DNA of 64,000 bases from NCBI GenBank assembly GCA_004431415.1, contig QPMI01000104.1, positions 124,001 through 188,000 of the forward strand. Direction: 5' to 3'. The position numbers were made by a program, and so were the translations under genes. Positions 25,350 to 37,095 of the stretch are shown piece by piece. This stretch comes from Cyanophora paradoxa CCMP329. Its lineage: Eukaryota; Plantae; Glaucophyta. The notes beneath the pieces were generated by a model, which was not told where the DNA came from, did not search any database, and was given only the letters and a program-made list of their open reading frames with translations. Positions within the stretch are counted from its first letter, which is position 1. Every line of letters starts with the position of its first letter.

Positions 25350-26609
25350 ATTCACCGACGCTCGCGTGCCGGCGCCGTTGGTGCCATGGCCAGCGCCGCT
25401 GAGATCTGCAGCTGCCTTCCACGTTAGAAACCGAAGGCGGCCGCAGAACAATCGCGAACCTGCAGGGAGGCCCACGCGTCCGTCGCGGCGTACACGACCT
25501 GAAGGGGGTACATCGAAGGATGCCAGCACGGGAAACGACATAGGGGAAGATCTGGCTTGCTCCCCGCGCCGCGCGCGGCGCCTAGGCCTAGGCCTCTAAA
25601 ACGGCCCCAACAAGGGGCAAGTCGCACCTGGTCGTCGAGTAGGTCCGCTTCCGCCCACAGCCGGTGCGACTCGTAATCGTAGCGGCAGCCGGGGAGGACG
25701 GGCAAGTCGGCGAGCGAAAAACCTCGAGGGGAAGCTCAGATGAACTGGGGACCGGCCGCGGCGCGGGCCACCGCGCGGGGCTAACTGCTATTGCTTACCC
25801 AGCAGGATCTTGCATGCGTCCGAGAGGCTCAAGCGCTTGGCACGACTGCCGTAACCCATTTGGGAGCATTTCACTTGCACCTGCGCGCACAGTGACTCAG
25901 TGAGCGATCCCAAATCGAAGAAAGCAGATTCGACTCGGCGAGGGCCGCACGTCGATGTAAGGGCGGGGCACGAGATCGAAGTGCCTCCGCAACTTTTCCT
26001 TATCCTGACCGCCAAAATACGTGTACGTGAGAGAGCGCTTAGATTGCAATAGAGCATCGAGAACGTACTTGAGTAATGTCAAAGCCAATCTTCTCCACGC
26101 CGCCGTCTAGCAGGATGTCCCTGCGAATCGAATGCGCATTTGGGGAGCGCTGGGGGGGAGCGCGGCGCACTGAAGCGCGAGCGGCAGCTTCGGCTTCCCT
26201 CCAGCATCCTTTATCAAGCACACGCGCCAGAGCACGCAGCAGTTTTGCGTGGCAGTCTGAATGAGGGCCGGCGGGTTTTCTTCGCCTTTCTGCGAGCGCC
26301 GAGCATCAATCCCGAGTCGACTGAAGGACGCAGGCTAGCGCTGCAATACCTCACCTTCTGAGAAACCCATTCGAGGTCCAGACCAATCGTGAACGATTTG
26401 TCCTTCCTCATCTCCGCGTAAAGTCGCTCCTTCGCCCTGTGAGCTTGACTTTCGCGCTCAACGATGAAGATTTCGCCTTCGAATTCGCGCTGCGGACACG
26501 GTTCCGTCTTGCTTGCAATTGGGCTGCAGCTGGCCTTGGCCATAGAACGATCGACGTTGACGGAGTTGCGCAGCATGACGCCGTTTCTCCCGACGCTTGG
26601 ATCGACCAA
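25350..26609 (-). CDS. WRN/EXD2-type DEDDy 3'-5' exonuclease, multi-exon
   Basis: FEGEIFIV...IGLDLEW (ExoI), ILLDGGVEKIGFDI/QDKEKL (ExoII), QVVYAATDAWASL (ExoIII). Ends are approximate. Confidence 0.85.
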
Positions 26610-26972
26610 TGGGCGCCGCAGAGCGCCACTGAGATCTAGAGCTAACTGCCGCTACGTACTAGTAACTGCCGCCCGGCCCGCGAGGGCGCGCTGACAATTG
26701 CAATCGCTGCTGAATTGCAAGGCTCAAGGACTACAGCCGGCGTCGCACGCGGGGTTCGGCTTGAGGATAGGATAGGCCGGGAACGCGCCCCCGGGCCCGC
26801 GATGCGAACCGCGACGCTGCTGGAATCACGGTGCCGTACGCGACAAGATACAAAAGTGACCTGCGGCGGCGCGCGTCGTGGGTGTACTGCGCCGTGGGCA
26901 CTGGGTGGCTGGATGGGGGTACGGAGCGTCGCGCGTGCGGCTTGTACCCGGGACCGAAGGATCCACGCAAAG

Positions 26973-28231
26973 ATGTCCGCATTCGCGCTCTCCGTTGCGC
27001 CGGCGCGACCGAGCGAGCAGTCGGCGACGCTGCGGCGGCCTGCCAGCAGCCCCCAACAGCCCCCTGTCGCGCGTCGGTCTTTCCTCGGCGGCGCGGTCCA
27101 CGCGGCGCAGCAGCGGCGGTGGATTGCCAGCGAGGAGCGGCGGGCGGTGTTCGAGGTGGCGTGCTCTTCGTCCGAGGGCGCCCTGCACGGCGTGCATGAT
27201 GGGCCCGCCGAGCAGTGGTCCTCCCGCACAAGCTACGAGGGCCCGCGCTTTGAGGCCTTCCAGGCACCCGAGGCCTCGCTCGGCGCGGCTGCCGGCATCC
27301 TCCCCTTCCTCAGCACCTGTCCGCGGCTGCCGACCCCTCGGCGCCCGCTGACGTCGCCGCTGACGGCCGCCCCGCAGCGCGCGTGGTCCCGGTCGCGGGC
27401 CCGATCGAGCTCACGACGGCGGGCAAGGTCGCGGAAGACCTGCTTGCCCTTGACCTCGAGGACCAGAACAAGGCACGCGCCCTCGGCTCTCCTTCACCGC
27501 TCCTCCCGCGCTGCCGCTCACGCCGCTTCGTGCTCGCAGCCCATCTTCCTCTACATCCAGTCCCCCGGCGGCTCGACGCAGGCGGCGCTTGCGATCGTTG
27601 ACCTCATGAACTATATGAAGGTCCGCGCGCCATCCGCGCCGCGCCCGCGGCCGGCCGCCCTTCCAGCGAGCGCGCACCGCGCAGTCCCCCGTCTACACCA
27701 TCGCGACGGGCATGGTCGGCAACGTGGCGGCGCTTCTGCTCGCGAACGGCAAGAAGGGATTCCGCTTCGCCTTCCCCAACACGCGCGTCCTCATCCACCA
27801 GCCCAGTGCGCTCCGCCCCTCTTCGCTAAGCTTTGCTGAGCTCCGCTCCGCGTAGCTTAGCTTTGCTCGCCCTGACCTTCGTTCGCAGTCGGCAACGTCA
27901 ACGGCGCCGTCGCGGAGATCCAGATCCAGGCCAAGGAGGTCGCGTGCGTGGCCGTACCCCTCGCTTCCGCATCGCGGTACCCCGCGCCGAACCGACCGAC
28001 CCGCCCCGCAGCATCGCGAAGGAGCGCTACGTTCAGCTCCTGGCCGAGCTCACCGGCCAGACCATCGAGAAGGTCCGGCCCCGTACCACCCTCCCATTCC
28101 TCCTCCCCCGGGGCCTGAATCCCGTACCCCAGGTGGAGCAGGACACGGAGCGCGACAACTTCATGTCGGCGGAGGAGGCGCGCGCGTACGGCATCATCGA
28201 CGTCGTCGGCCTCCCGGAGGGCTTCTTCTGA
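26973..28231 (+). CDS. clpR: Plastid Clp protease core subunit, non-catalytic ClpR type
   Basis: Transit peptide MSAF...RRSFLGG; [12 protein letters not shown]; [22 protein letters not shown]...RVLIHQP; [19 protein letters not shown]. The catalytic Ser position is Asn. Confidence 0.88.
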
Positions 28232-28430
28232 GCTCGAGCTCTCCCTAGATCTAGATCTCGTGTACCCGTCCGAAAGAACGCAGTACCCGGTCGCCCGCTC
28301 GCGGAATCGGGGCGGGGGCGGGGGCGGGGCGTAGTGCGGAGGGTTCCTGAACTGCATTCAAACTTGAAATAAAGCGAAAAGCTAGCGCCTGTGGCGTTGC
28401 TGGTTCTGTGGCTGGGCCGCGGCTCCTCGA

Positions 28431-30528
28431 TCACGACTCCTTCTTGCCCTCGATCGCGACCCTTCCCTTCGCCGGCGCCGGCGCCGACGCTTCGGGTACC
28501 CGTACCTGCCGCGCGTCAGGCCCGCGGTCCGGGGTACAGGGCCCGGGCCGCCCCCGCCGCGCCGCACCTTGGGCCCGCGCCTCTCCTGCGCCGAAGCCTC
28601 CTTGGACGCCGCCCGCTGCTTCTGCCACTTCTCGGATACCTGCGCGTCCCCCTCAGATCCCGGCCGATCTGATCTGATCTGATCTGATCTGATCTGATCC
28701 GAGCTCAGGTGAGCGGGCGCGCCTCGAGCATGGCGGCGCAGAAGACGAGGGAGGCGCCGGCCCACTGGGTGCTCGTGAGGGCGTGCCGGAACCAGAAGAC
28801 GGAGAAGAGCAGCGTGAAGAACTTGCGAGTCGTCGTGATGATCTGGGAGGGAAGGAAGGATCGGGCCGAGTCAGCTCAGGGCCGAGGCCAGAGAGCGAGC
28901 AGCGAGGGCCGGGGGTGCCGTGCCCGGCCCCATCCCGCCCGCCCGAAGAGTACAAGGCCAAAGCGCCCGTCATTAATGGGGCCGAGGCTAACGCAACGAG
29001 GACCGGCAGCGCCCTCCGGGAGGGGTGTGGGGCCCGGGGGCGCACCGTACAGACAAGGGAGCCGAAGTTCGCGAGCGCGAAGAAGACGAAGTGCTGCGGT
29101 TCGAATCAGCGAGGGACCGCTTTCGCGGAGGGGGGTAGAGGAAGCGGGCGGGGGGCAGGCGGACCTGCCCCGCCACGAAGACGACGGAGAAGATCGTGAC
29201 GTCCTGCAGGAACTGGGGGTGCTGCATTTCGGGACGCGTCAGGGGGTACAGGGATCTAAAAATGTGCCGAAATCGAGGGGTACAGCGCGCGTACGTTCAT
29301 GGCGAAGTCAAGGCCGGACTGGAGCTCGCCCGTGACGAGGCACGCTGGCGGGGGCGCGTGAGGCGGGGTGGGGTACGATCTCCTCCTCGGGGTACGCGAA
29401 CCGATGGTGAGGAGGGGTACACCCGCGGCGTTCATGTAGAACCCCAGCTCGAGGCTATTGGGCCTGCGCCGCGCGGCGCGTCAAACGGCGGCGCGAGGGG
29501 GCGTGGCGTGGCGTGACGGGAGGCGGGGCGGGAAGGGCGAAGGGGGTAGACGTACTTGTGGGTGTGCACGACCTTCTCCTGGTACCCCCCCGTGAGGCCA
29601 TCCATGAAGAGGCTGAGGAGGCAGAGGGCGATGCCCCTGGGGTCCGTGAACGAGCCGCCGCCGGCCCCGTGCTTGCTCTGCGCGCGCGCCCGCCGCCGGT
29701 CATACGAGAGCTGAGAAAGGCGAGGGATCGGATCTCCGGCGCGCCTTCCCCATCGTGAAGAGGGCGATGCCGGCCGAGAGGGTGAGGACGCAGAGGTACT
29801 GCCGGATCGAGTACCTCTTCTTCGCAATGACGACACCCATGATCATGACTGCGGCGCGCGCGCGTGAGGATGCGGCACGTTAGGCGTGCGCAGCGGTGAG
29901 CTCCCGATTCGCGCGCGCACCGGGGACCATCTTGCAGCTCTTCATGATCACCTGCAGGGAGCGGGTTCAGGGGACGCGCGGCGAGGGCGCGGGAGGGCGG
30001 ACGCTTGCCTGCGTTGGGTAGTTTACGTACTTAAGAGCGTTGTTGCTCCCGAACGAGGCGGTGCTCTGGGAGCAGCTCATCAAGAAGAAGGAGTACCAGG
30101 GCGCCCCGCTCTTCCGCGTGTTCCCCTTGAGCAGCATGACTGCGCGCGAGCTCGATTGAGCTAAAGCCCACAGCTAGCGCGGAGGCGCCGCGCGCAGCCG
30201 AAGCCGCAGCCTCCAGGCCCCACGCGCGATGCGTGGTTCAAGCGTGAAGGTTCCGGAAAAGCGAGCGCACTCGTGCCGTAGAGGACTGTCGCGACGGTGC
30301 TCTGGCAGAGGATGAGAAAGATCGTGCTCTTGAACTTGGCATCGTCTGGAGAGAACCGCGTGCTGAATCTGTACATGTGCCGCGAACAGGATCAGACAGG
30401 CGGGCCTCGCGCGGCCGGGGAGCGCGAGGCGTCGCGCACATTGCCTCCTGCCGGAACGCGTAGTACATGAAGCATATGTAGATGCCCCCGATGGCATAGC
30501 CGGCTTTCAGCAGCGTGGCGAACGTCAT
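28431..30528 (-). CDS. SLC35B1/UTr1-like (UAA family) ER nucleotide-sugar or ATP transporter
   Basis: GGIYICFMYYAFRQE; SNNALKYVNYPTQ/VIMKSCKMVP/VMIMG; SLFMDGLTGGYQE; IITTTRKFFTLLFS; C-terminal KKES* di-lysine ER retrieval motif. Confidence 0.92.
28666..28699. repeat. (GATCT)n microsatellite in an intron
   Basis: Six full GATCT units plus GATC. Confidence 0.95.
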
Positions 30529-30773
30529 CGCTGGCACCCCTCCCGGCTACTTCGCGCTCTTCCGAAAAGACTCACGATCGAAAACAGGCCTGGTTCTAGC
30601 TGCAGCTCTGCAGTGACCAGTCGGCCCGGGTACACGCAAATCGACGTGCAAGCCGGTGGCGTCGAGGACCCGAGGTCCGTTCCGCGGCCGTCGGAGACGC
30701 GCTAGAAATGTGCTAGCACGCCTCTAGAAGCGCCCGCCGGCGTCGCACGGGGTCTGACGCATTCTGGCCGTAG

Positions 30774-32120
30774 ATGGTCGTGGGCAAACTCAAGGTCCTT
30801 GTCTGCGACGCCAACCTCCAGTTGAAGGAGCGTCGGACGGGCTTTCTCAATCTCAGCAAGCACAGGCACGAGCCGTGCGTCCGTATTCGATGTGGGCATA
30901 CAGTCTCCTTCAAGACAAAAGCTTGGAAGAACGGGTCGAACACGCCAGAATGGAATGAAGTGCGTCGCCTGCCGTCTAACGCGCCCGCTTTGAGTTCAGA
31001 GCTGATTGCCGCCTCGCCCCACGCAGGAGTTCATGTTCTTCGTCACAGAACGACAGCAACCTATACTAGAGGTTGATATCCTTGACACGAATCACTACGA
31101 CGAGAACCTGGGCCGCTGCAAAATCCGCTTCGACAGGTGCAGCGTCCTCCGCAGCCAAGACCACTGTGCGCTCAACCATCCGCAGGATGGTCATGTACGC
31201 GCGTCAGGGAGAGACAGTGGATCGCTGGTATCACCTCAAGCGGGACACGGGCAAGAACAAGCCCGAGCAGGCGGGCCAGGTCCACCTGAAGGTCGGCCGC
31301 TCCTCCGCTGCTGCCCCTGCGGCGCCCGCAGACGCCCCGAGACCAGGTCACCATCGAATTCGACCCCGCGTACCTCGCTCGGGAGGCGATGATGGTGGAA
31401 GCCGAGAAGTCCGGCGGGCAGCCGGCAGATCCCGGCGCACAGCGCTTCCGTGCGCACAGCCGCCGCGGCGAGCGCTGCTTTCGTTTCTCTTTGCTGATTC
31501 CGCCCGCGCAGCGTACAATCCCTCCGAGGAGCAGTCGCCGTTCCCGGACCAGCGGGCGGGCCCCGGCCCCTCCGGCTCCTCTGCATCGCTGGGCGTCCCG
31601 GGGCAGGACCGGCAGCCCTCGAACGAGGACTTCAGCGAGGGCCGGACCGAGTACGTGCCCGACGCGGCGCCCTCGGAGGTTGGCGAGGACATGTCCCGGC
31701 TCTCCATCAATCCGGACCAAGCCCGCGACGAGCCGCCCCCGCCCGGCCCCGCCGTCAACTACACGTGGGAGTACAAGGTTCCCGCCCGCCCGCCCCCGCC
31801 GCCCCGCCTCCATCCGGGCCGCCCGCCCGCCCGCCCGCGACGCCCCCTCACCCTCTCCGCAGTGGCAACTCGAATCGACCGAGGTCTTCGGGCCTTACTC
31901 GACGGCGGACATGCTCTCCTGGAAGGACCAGGCGAGCCCCAGTTTTTCCTTCCTTTCTTCTTCCTCTTTCTTCCCTGATGGGCGGGCCGGCGGGCAGGGT
32001 TACTTTACTGGGGACATGGTGGCCTGGGTTCGCCTCATCCCCGAGAACGGCGCGCCGCAGACGGGCGAGAACGAGGGCTTCGTCATGTCGGACACTGTCA
32101 ACTTCGAGCTGTACCAGTGA
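30774..32120 (+). CDS. C2 domain + C-terminal GYF domain protein (copy 1)
   Basis: C2: GKLKVLVCDANL...EPCVRIRCG...KTKAWKNGSNTPEWNE/EFMF...LGRCKI...WYHL...GQVHLK. GYF: TWEYK/WQLESTEVFGPYSTADMLSWKDQ/GYF...VNFELYQ*. Confidence 0.85.
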
Positions 32121-32682
32121 TTTCCTGACTGCATCGCCGGTAGCGCGCGGGCCCGGGGGTCCACGGCCCTCGGGCCGCCGCCGCGCGTTCTAGTAGTAGG
32201 TAGTTCTCCGCATCCTTTTTGCAAAGTTACAAGTCTAGCCCGTCCAGCAGAGCCAGCGAGCTCGAGGCGATATTCTAGCAGGCGTACAGACCGGCGAGGC
32301 TTGATTTTAAGAAGAAACCATACATTACGTGTCCGATGTCAATGCGCCCGCCGGCGCGGGAAGCAGCCGATGCAAGCCCATGCGCTCTAAAGTGGAAGCG
32401 AAAGCATTCGAAAGAAAAACATGCACAGGCACGAAATCTGCAAAAGAATCTGAAGGCCGAATTGAACCGCAACCGATAGACTGCGATTTCGCAGTTGCTA
32501 CGTAGACAGCAAATTAAAATCAGAGCAAATAAAAGCAGAGTACGAAGGCGAATGGTCAGCTGCAGGCCAGCGCGCTCGCGCCAAGCCTTGAAGCTAGCAG
32601 CGAAAGCGAATTATATGATTGAACCTGACCCAGGCAGCGAAAAGGAGCGAAACCCGGCAACTAAGCGAACTGAAAAGAAAAG

Positions 32683-34525
32683 CTACGGGGAGAGGAGGGC
32701 CCGCATGCCCTCGTAAACTGTAAAGAAGATGGAGGACATGGGGGCGATGACGAGGACGCGCGGGCCGAGCCCCCGCAGCAGCGCCCCGGGGCCCTCCTCC
32801 GCCGCGATCCGAATTAGAGCCTCGGCCGGGCTCCCGTAGGGCGCGGGGGGCGCGTCCGCCGCGCTCTGGCCGGCGACCGGTGTGGGGGGCGGGGCCCTTC
32901 TGTCCTGCGCCATGATGCGCGTCTGCGGTCCGCAGTCAGGGATCGAGAGGGGGTACGCGATCAAGAATTCAAATTTAGATTCGAGTGCCTTGGCAACGTC
33001 CAGCGGGGTGGTCATCGCCGCGGCGATGGCGCCGGCTATCATCCCGAGGAGCAGCGAGTTCTCGTGCGCGAAGGCAAGCGCCGGCGCCGCCTTCAGGAGC
33101 TCGAAGGACGTCACTTGGATGGCGCGGAAGGGTACGTCGCGGAAGACCTGGGAGAAGAGCACGGGTTCGAATACGGGCGGAGAACGTTTCGGGCGGGGGG
33201 GGGGGGGGGGGGGGGGGGAAGCACCTGGATGCCGTACCCCTGATAGAGACCCAGCACCCCTTCAGACGCGAGGATCGAGCGAACCGCCTCTCCCGCCGAC
33301 TTGTAAATACCCGTCTGTGAGGAGGAGGGGGTACGTGAGAACGCGGTCGGGAAGCGGTACAGCGATTCAAGCCGCTACCTGCAGCCTCGTCTTCACGACC
33401 TCGCTGGGTACGACGATCACGCTCCCCGTCAGATCTCCCAAGGAGCCACAGACTGCTGGGGAGATGAGGGGTACTGGGCCATGGGGGGGGGGGTACGGGC
33501 ACGCACGGAGGAGGCAGGGGACTTGGAGTGCGGCCGGGCAGATGGGGAGGAGGGCGGATTTCTGCAAGGGGGGTCAAGGCGCGGGGGGCGGCCCGGGAGG
33601 GGTACAGGCACACACCAGGGTCTCGTAGACGGAAAAGGCAATGGCGGAGTATGGAACCTGTCCGATCATCGCGCCGTCGAGGCCTGCGAGGGGGGTACGC
33701 CTTCAAGAAAGGTCGCCCGGGTGGGCCAAAGACGCCAGGCCGCGGCCGACCTGCGTACAGGCCGCCGACGCCGCTCTCGCTCAGGACGCGCCGTAGCGCG
33801 TCTACGGCCGAGCGGCCGGAACGGCTCGCCTGAACTTTCGTCTTCACTGTGTCTGCGGCGTACCCGGCTGGCTCGGGCTCGCCCCGCGGCCCGCGCGGCA
33901 GCGCGCGGCTCACCGATTGGGTGGACAGCGCTGACGGCCAGCGCCCGCGCCGTCGCAGAGGCTATCATGTTTCCTGATTGAAAGATATGAGGGGAGGCGA
34001 CGAGTAGAAGCACAGCGGCGACGTCCCCACGCGCCCGCGCGCCCGCGCGCGGTCTATATCTAGAACTAGGGAAGATTGCGGCCAGGCGCTGGATTGGGGG
34101 AGCAGATCTAGCTTGCGCGCGATCAGCGGCCACGGCTGCCGCGGTCGAGAGACACGAAACCCGGTGCGAGGCACAGACGTACGTCGAGCGCGCGCACCGA
34201 CAAACGTCGGGTGCGGCTCGACGGGAGGGTGCGGGACTGCCGGATTCGCCCCCGCATCCGCAGGCCCGAACGACAGGGCCGACGCGGCTGCCGCGGCGCT
34301 CGCTGCAGATAGGAAGAGGCGCCGCCGCGAGACCGGCTGCTCCTCCGTGCGCGTCGTGCTGCCGGTCCCCGCTTCTGATCTGACGGCCGGTTCGGGCGCA
34401 CGGCTAGCTGGCCGGCGGGTCCGAATTCGAACGCGGAGACGCTGCTCCAACGAACCAGTGAAGAGCTCGCGCGCCTGGAGCTTGCCGGCAGCCGGAGCTG
34501 GAGCGGAGAACGCCACGGGCGCCAT
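32683..34525 (-). CDS. Mitochondrial-carrier-family (SAM carrier-like) protein, paralog A, with plastid-type leader (copy 1)
   Basis: Three MCF signatures HPI/DTVKTKVQ, VPSEVVKTRLQ and TPLDVAK/TRIM; RDVPFRAIQ; LLRGLGPRV; leader MAPVAF. Confidence 0.9.
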
Positions 34526-34687
34526 GATGCGACGGACACGGCTGAGCGTGCACCGCGCTAGCTACCTGGGCTGCTCAGGAAGTGCGCGGAAAGCGGCCAG
34601 TCAATTGGCGTCGTACCCCACCGCATCAAGCACTGGACGGCCGCGCGTGGACGAGCCTCGGCGGAGCGCCATCGGCGCGCCTTGACG
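34526..34687. promoter_or_regulatory. Probable compact bidirectional promoter between MCF paralogs A and B
   Basis: 162 bp separate the two divergent ATGs (34525 and 34688). No motif was identified. Confidence 0.5.
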
Positions 34688-36807
34688 ATGAGCACGTTCG
34701 TGGGCGGCTGTGTGCCTGCCCAGCTGGGGTCACGTGCGGGCGCGGCCAGTTTCTTGGCGCGCGTGTGCCGCCGCAGCCGGCCAGCCAGGCAGCGCGGGCT
34801 CAGCGCGGCGCAACCTACAGGAGGCCAGTACGCATCCTCGCGTCGCACGGGCAGGAGGATGACCGCCCGGAGCCGCGCCGACCCGAGGAGCCCAACGCGC
34901 CCAAGAGCCCAGCACGGCGTTCGAAGGGCGGCCGATAGGAAGAAGACGCGCTTTCGCGGCGGCGTCCGCGGTCGCGGCGGCGTTTGCGGCGGCCGCGACG
35001 GCGGCGACCCCGCCAGCGGACGTGCCCGCGCACCCCGAGACGGACTGGCCGATCGCTTCGCAACTGCAGTCCGCGGCGACGGCCGCGGAGAGCGTTGCGC
35101 CGGCGCCCGAGGGCGACGCGGCGGACCCCGCGGCGGCCCGGCCGCGCCGGCGCCGCCCGACAAGCAAGCGAAGAAGCCGCCGAGGAGGCGGGGCGTGCAG
35201 GCGGCCTCCTCGGCGCTCACGCCGATCGGCCCGCTCGGGCAGGAGCCGACGATCGCTGAGGCGATCCTCTTCTCTCCCGCGCCGACCCCCACGCTCCTCG
35301 GTCGGCGCGGCGCCGCCCGCGTCCGAAGCATCGCCTGCCCGGCGGCCGACTGCTGACTCGCGCCCCGAACCGCAGCGAACATGTTCGCCAGTGGAGTTGC
35401 TCGGCTGGTGGCCATCTCGGCCACGCACCCGATCGGCGCGCCGCTCTCCCGCCGCCCGCCCGCCGCCCAGCCCGCGACGACAGCTGACCGCTCCGGCGCA
35501 GACACTGTGAAGACCAAAGTGCAGACGAGCCGCGGCGAGCCGCGCCCCGCGCTGGAAACGCTGCGGCTCATCGTGAAGCAGCAAGGAGTCACGGGGCTCT
35601 ACGCCGGCGAGTTCAATCCAGTACCCTGAGCCTCGAGGTCCCCCATCTGATACTGTACCCGGCAGGCCTCGACGGGACGATGATAGGGCAGGTGCCTTAC
35701 TCGGCCGTCGCCTTCGGCATCTACGAGTTCCTGGTACCCCCAGCCCGACATCCCTCCGTACCCGTACCCGTACCCGTTTGGTAACCCGTGCCCCGCAGAA
35801 GGAGCTCCTGGTCCGCAACTTCCCCCTCCCTCTTCGCGCACATCCTCTGCTACCTCGGTACCCCCTTACCCCATCAATCGCACCGTAACCCCGGTGGTCT
35901 GACCCGTACCCCGCCCCGCAGTCTGCGGCTCGCTGGGAGACCTCACCGGCTCGCTCATCGTCGTACCCAGCGAGGTCGTGAAGACGAGGCTGCAGGTAGC
36001 GGCTTGGATCGCTCTACCCCCTCCCGCCTGCGTTCTCACGTACACCCCCCCCCCTTCGTCAGGCGGGTACGTACGCAACGGCGAAGGAGGCGATCGATTC
36101 GATCCTGGAAGATACAGGATTCCGGGGCTTTTACGCCGGCTACTCCTCCCAGGTAGCCCCCCCCTCCCCCCCCCCCCCCCCCCCCTCCCCCGCTGCTTAA
36201 CCCCTTCTGACCACGTCCCCCGCAGCTCATTCGGGACGTGCCCTTCCGCGCCATCCAGGTACCCCCGCTCCCTTGCCTCTTCGTTTTTACAGTACCCCAG
36301 CCCTTTACAACCTGTACCCCCAGGCGACGGTCTTCGAGCTGCTGCGCCTCGCGCCCTCGCTGTGCGACAACATCCTCGCGATGGGTATGATCGCCGGGGC
36401 CGTCGCGGCCGCCCTCACTACCCCCCTGGACGTCGTCAAGGCGCGCCGCTGTACCCCTCCCGCGCAATTCGATCGATATCGGTCCGAGCTGATTTGATCC
36501 GGGCGGCCGTGGCAGACGCGCCTTATGGCACAGGACCCGCACGCGGCGCCGCCCACGCCGGCGCCCGACGGCGCCCCGCGGGACCCGGCCCCCTACCGTG
36601 GACCCATCAACGTCCGCCCGCCCGAGCCCGCCCGCCCGGGCTCATCTGAGCTTCGTTCGCTTCGGGCAGGCGCTGGTCCGGATCGCCGGGGAGGAGGGCC
36701 CCGGGGCGCTGCTGCGGGGGCTCGGCCCGCGCGTCCTCGTCATCGCCCCCATGTCCTCCATCTTCTTCGCCGTCTACGAGGCCATGCGCGCCCTCCTCTC
36801 TGCCTGA
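34688..36807 (+). CDS. MCF (SAM carrier-like) paralog B with plastid-type leader (copy 1; several 1-bp frameshifts)
   Basis: MSTFVGG...; ISATHPI/DTVKTKVQ; VPSEVVKTRLQ; TTPLDVVK/TRLM; ...AMRALLSA*. Intron positions largely match paralog A. Confidence 0.88.
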
Positions 36808-37095
36808 GCTGCGGCCTGAGATCATCGGACTTGGAGGGGCCTGATCATGACCGGCACCGGCCGCGGCTCGCGCTGCTGGCTGCCCTAGTTCTCCCAGGCC
36901 TAGCTCTCGAGAGCTCGTGCCACCCCGTGTCCGTGCGATTGTACCATACGCTGTTAGATTAACTGTACCATCATGTGCTAGCGCAGTCCCTGTGCGTACA
37001 AGGCTGCTTCGAACTTCGGAATGCAAAGCTACGAGACTGTAGTTCAGGCCACGCAAAAGGGGAAAAGGAGAAGGGGGTGTGGAAGGAAGGGGGCG

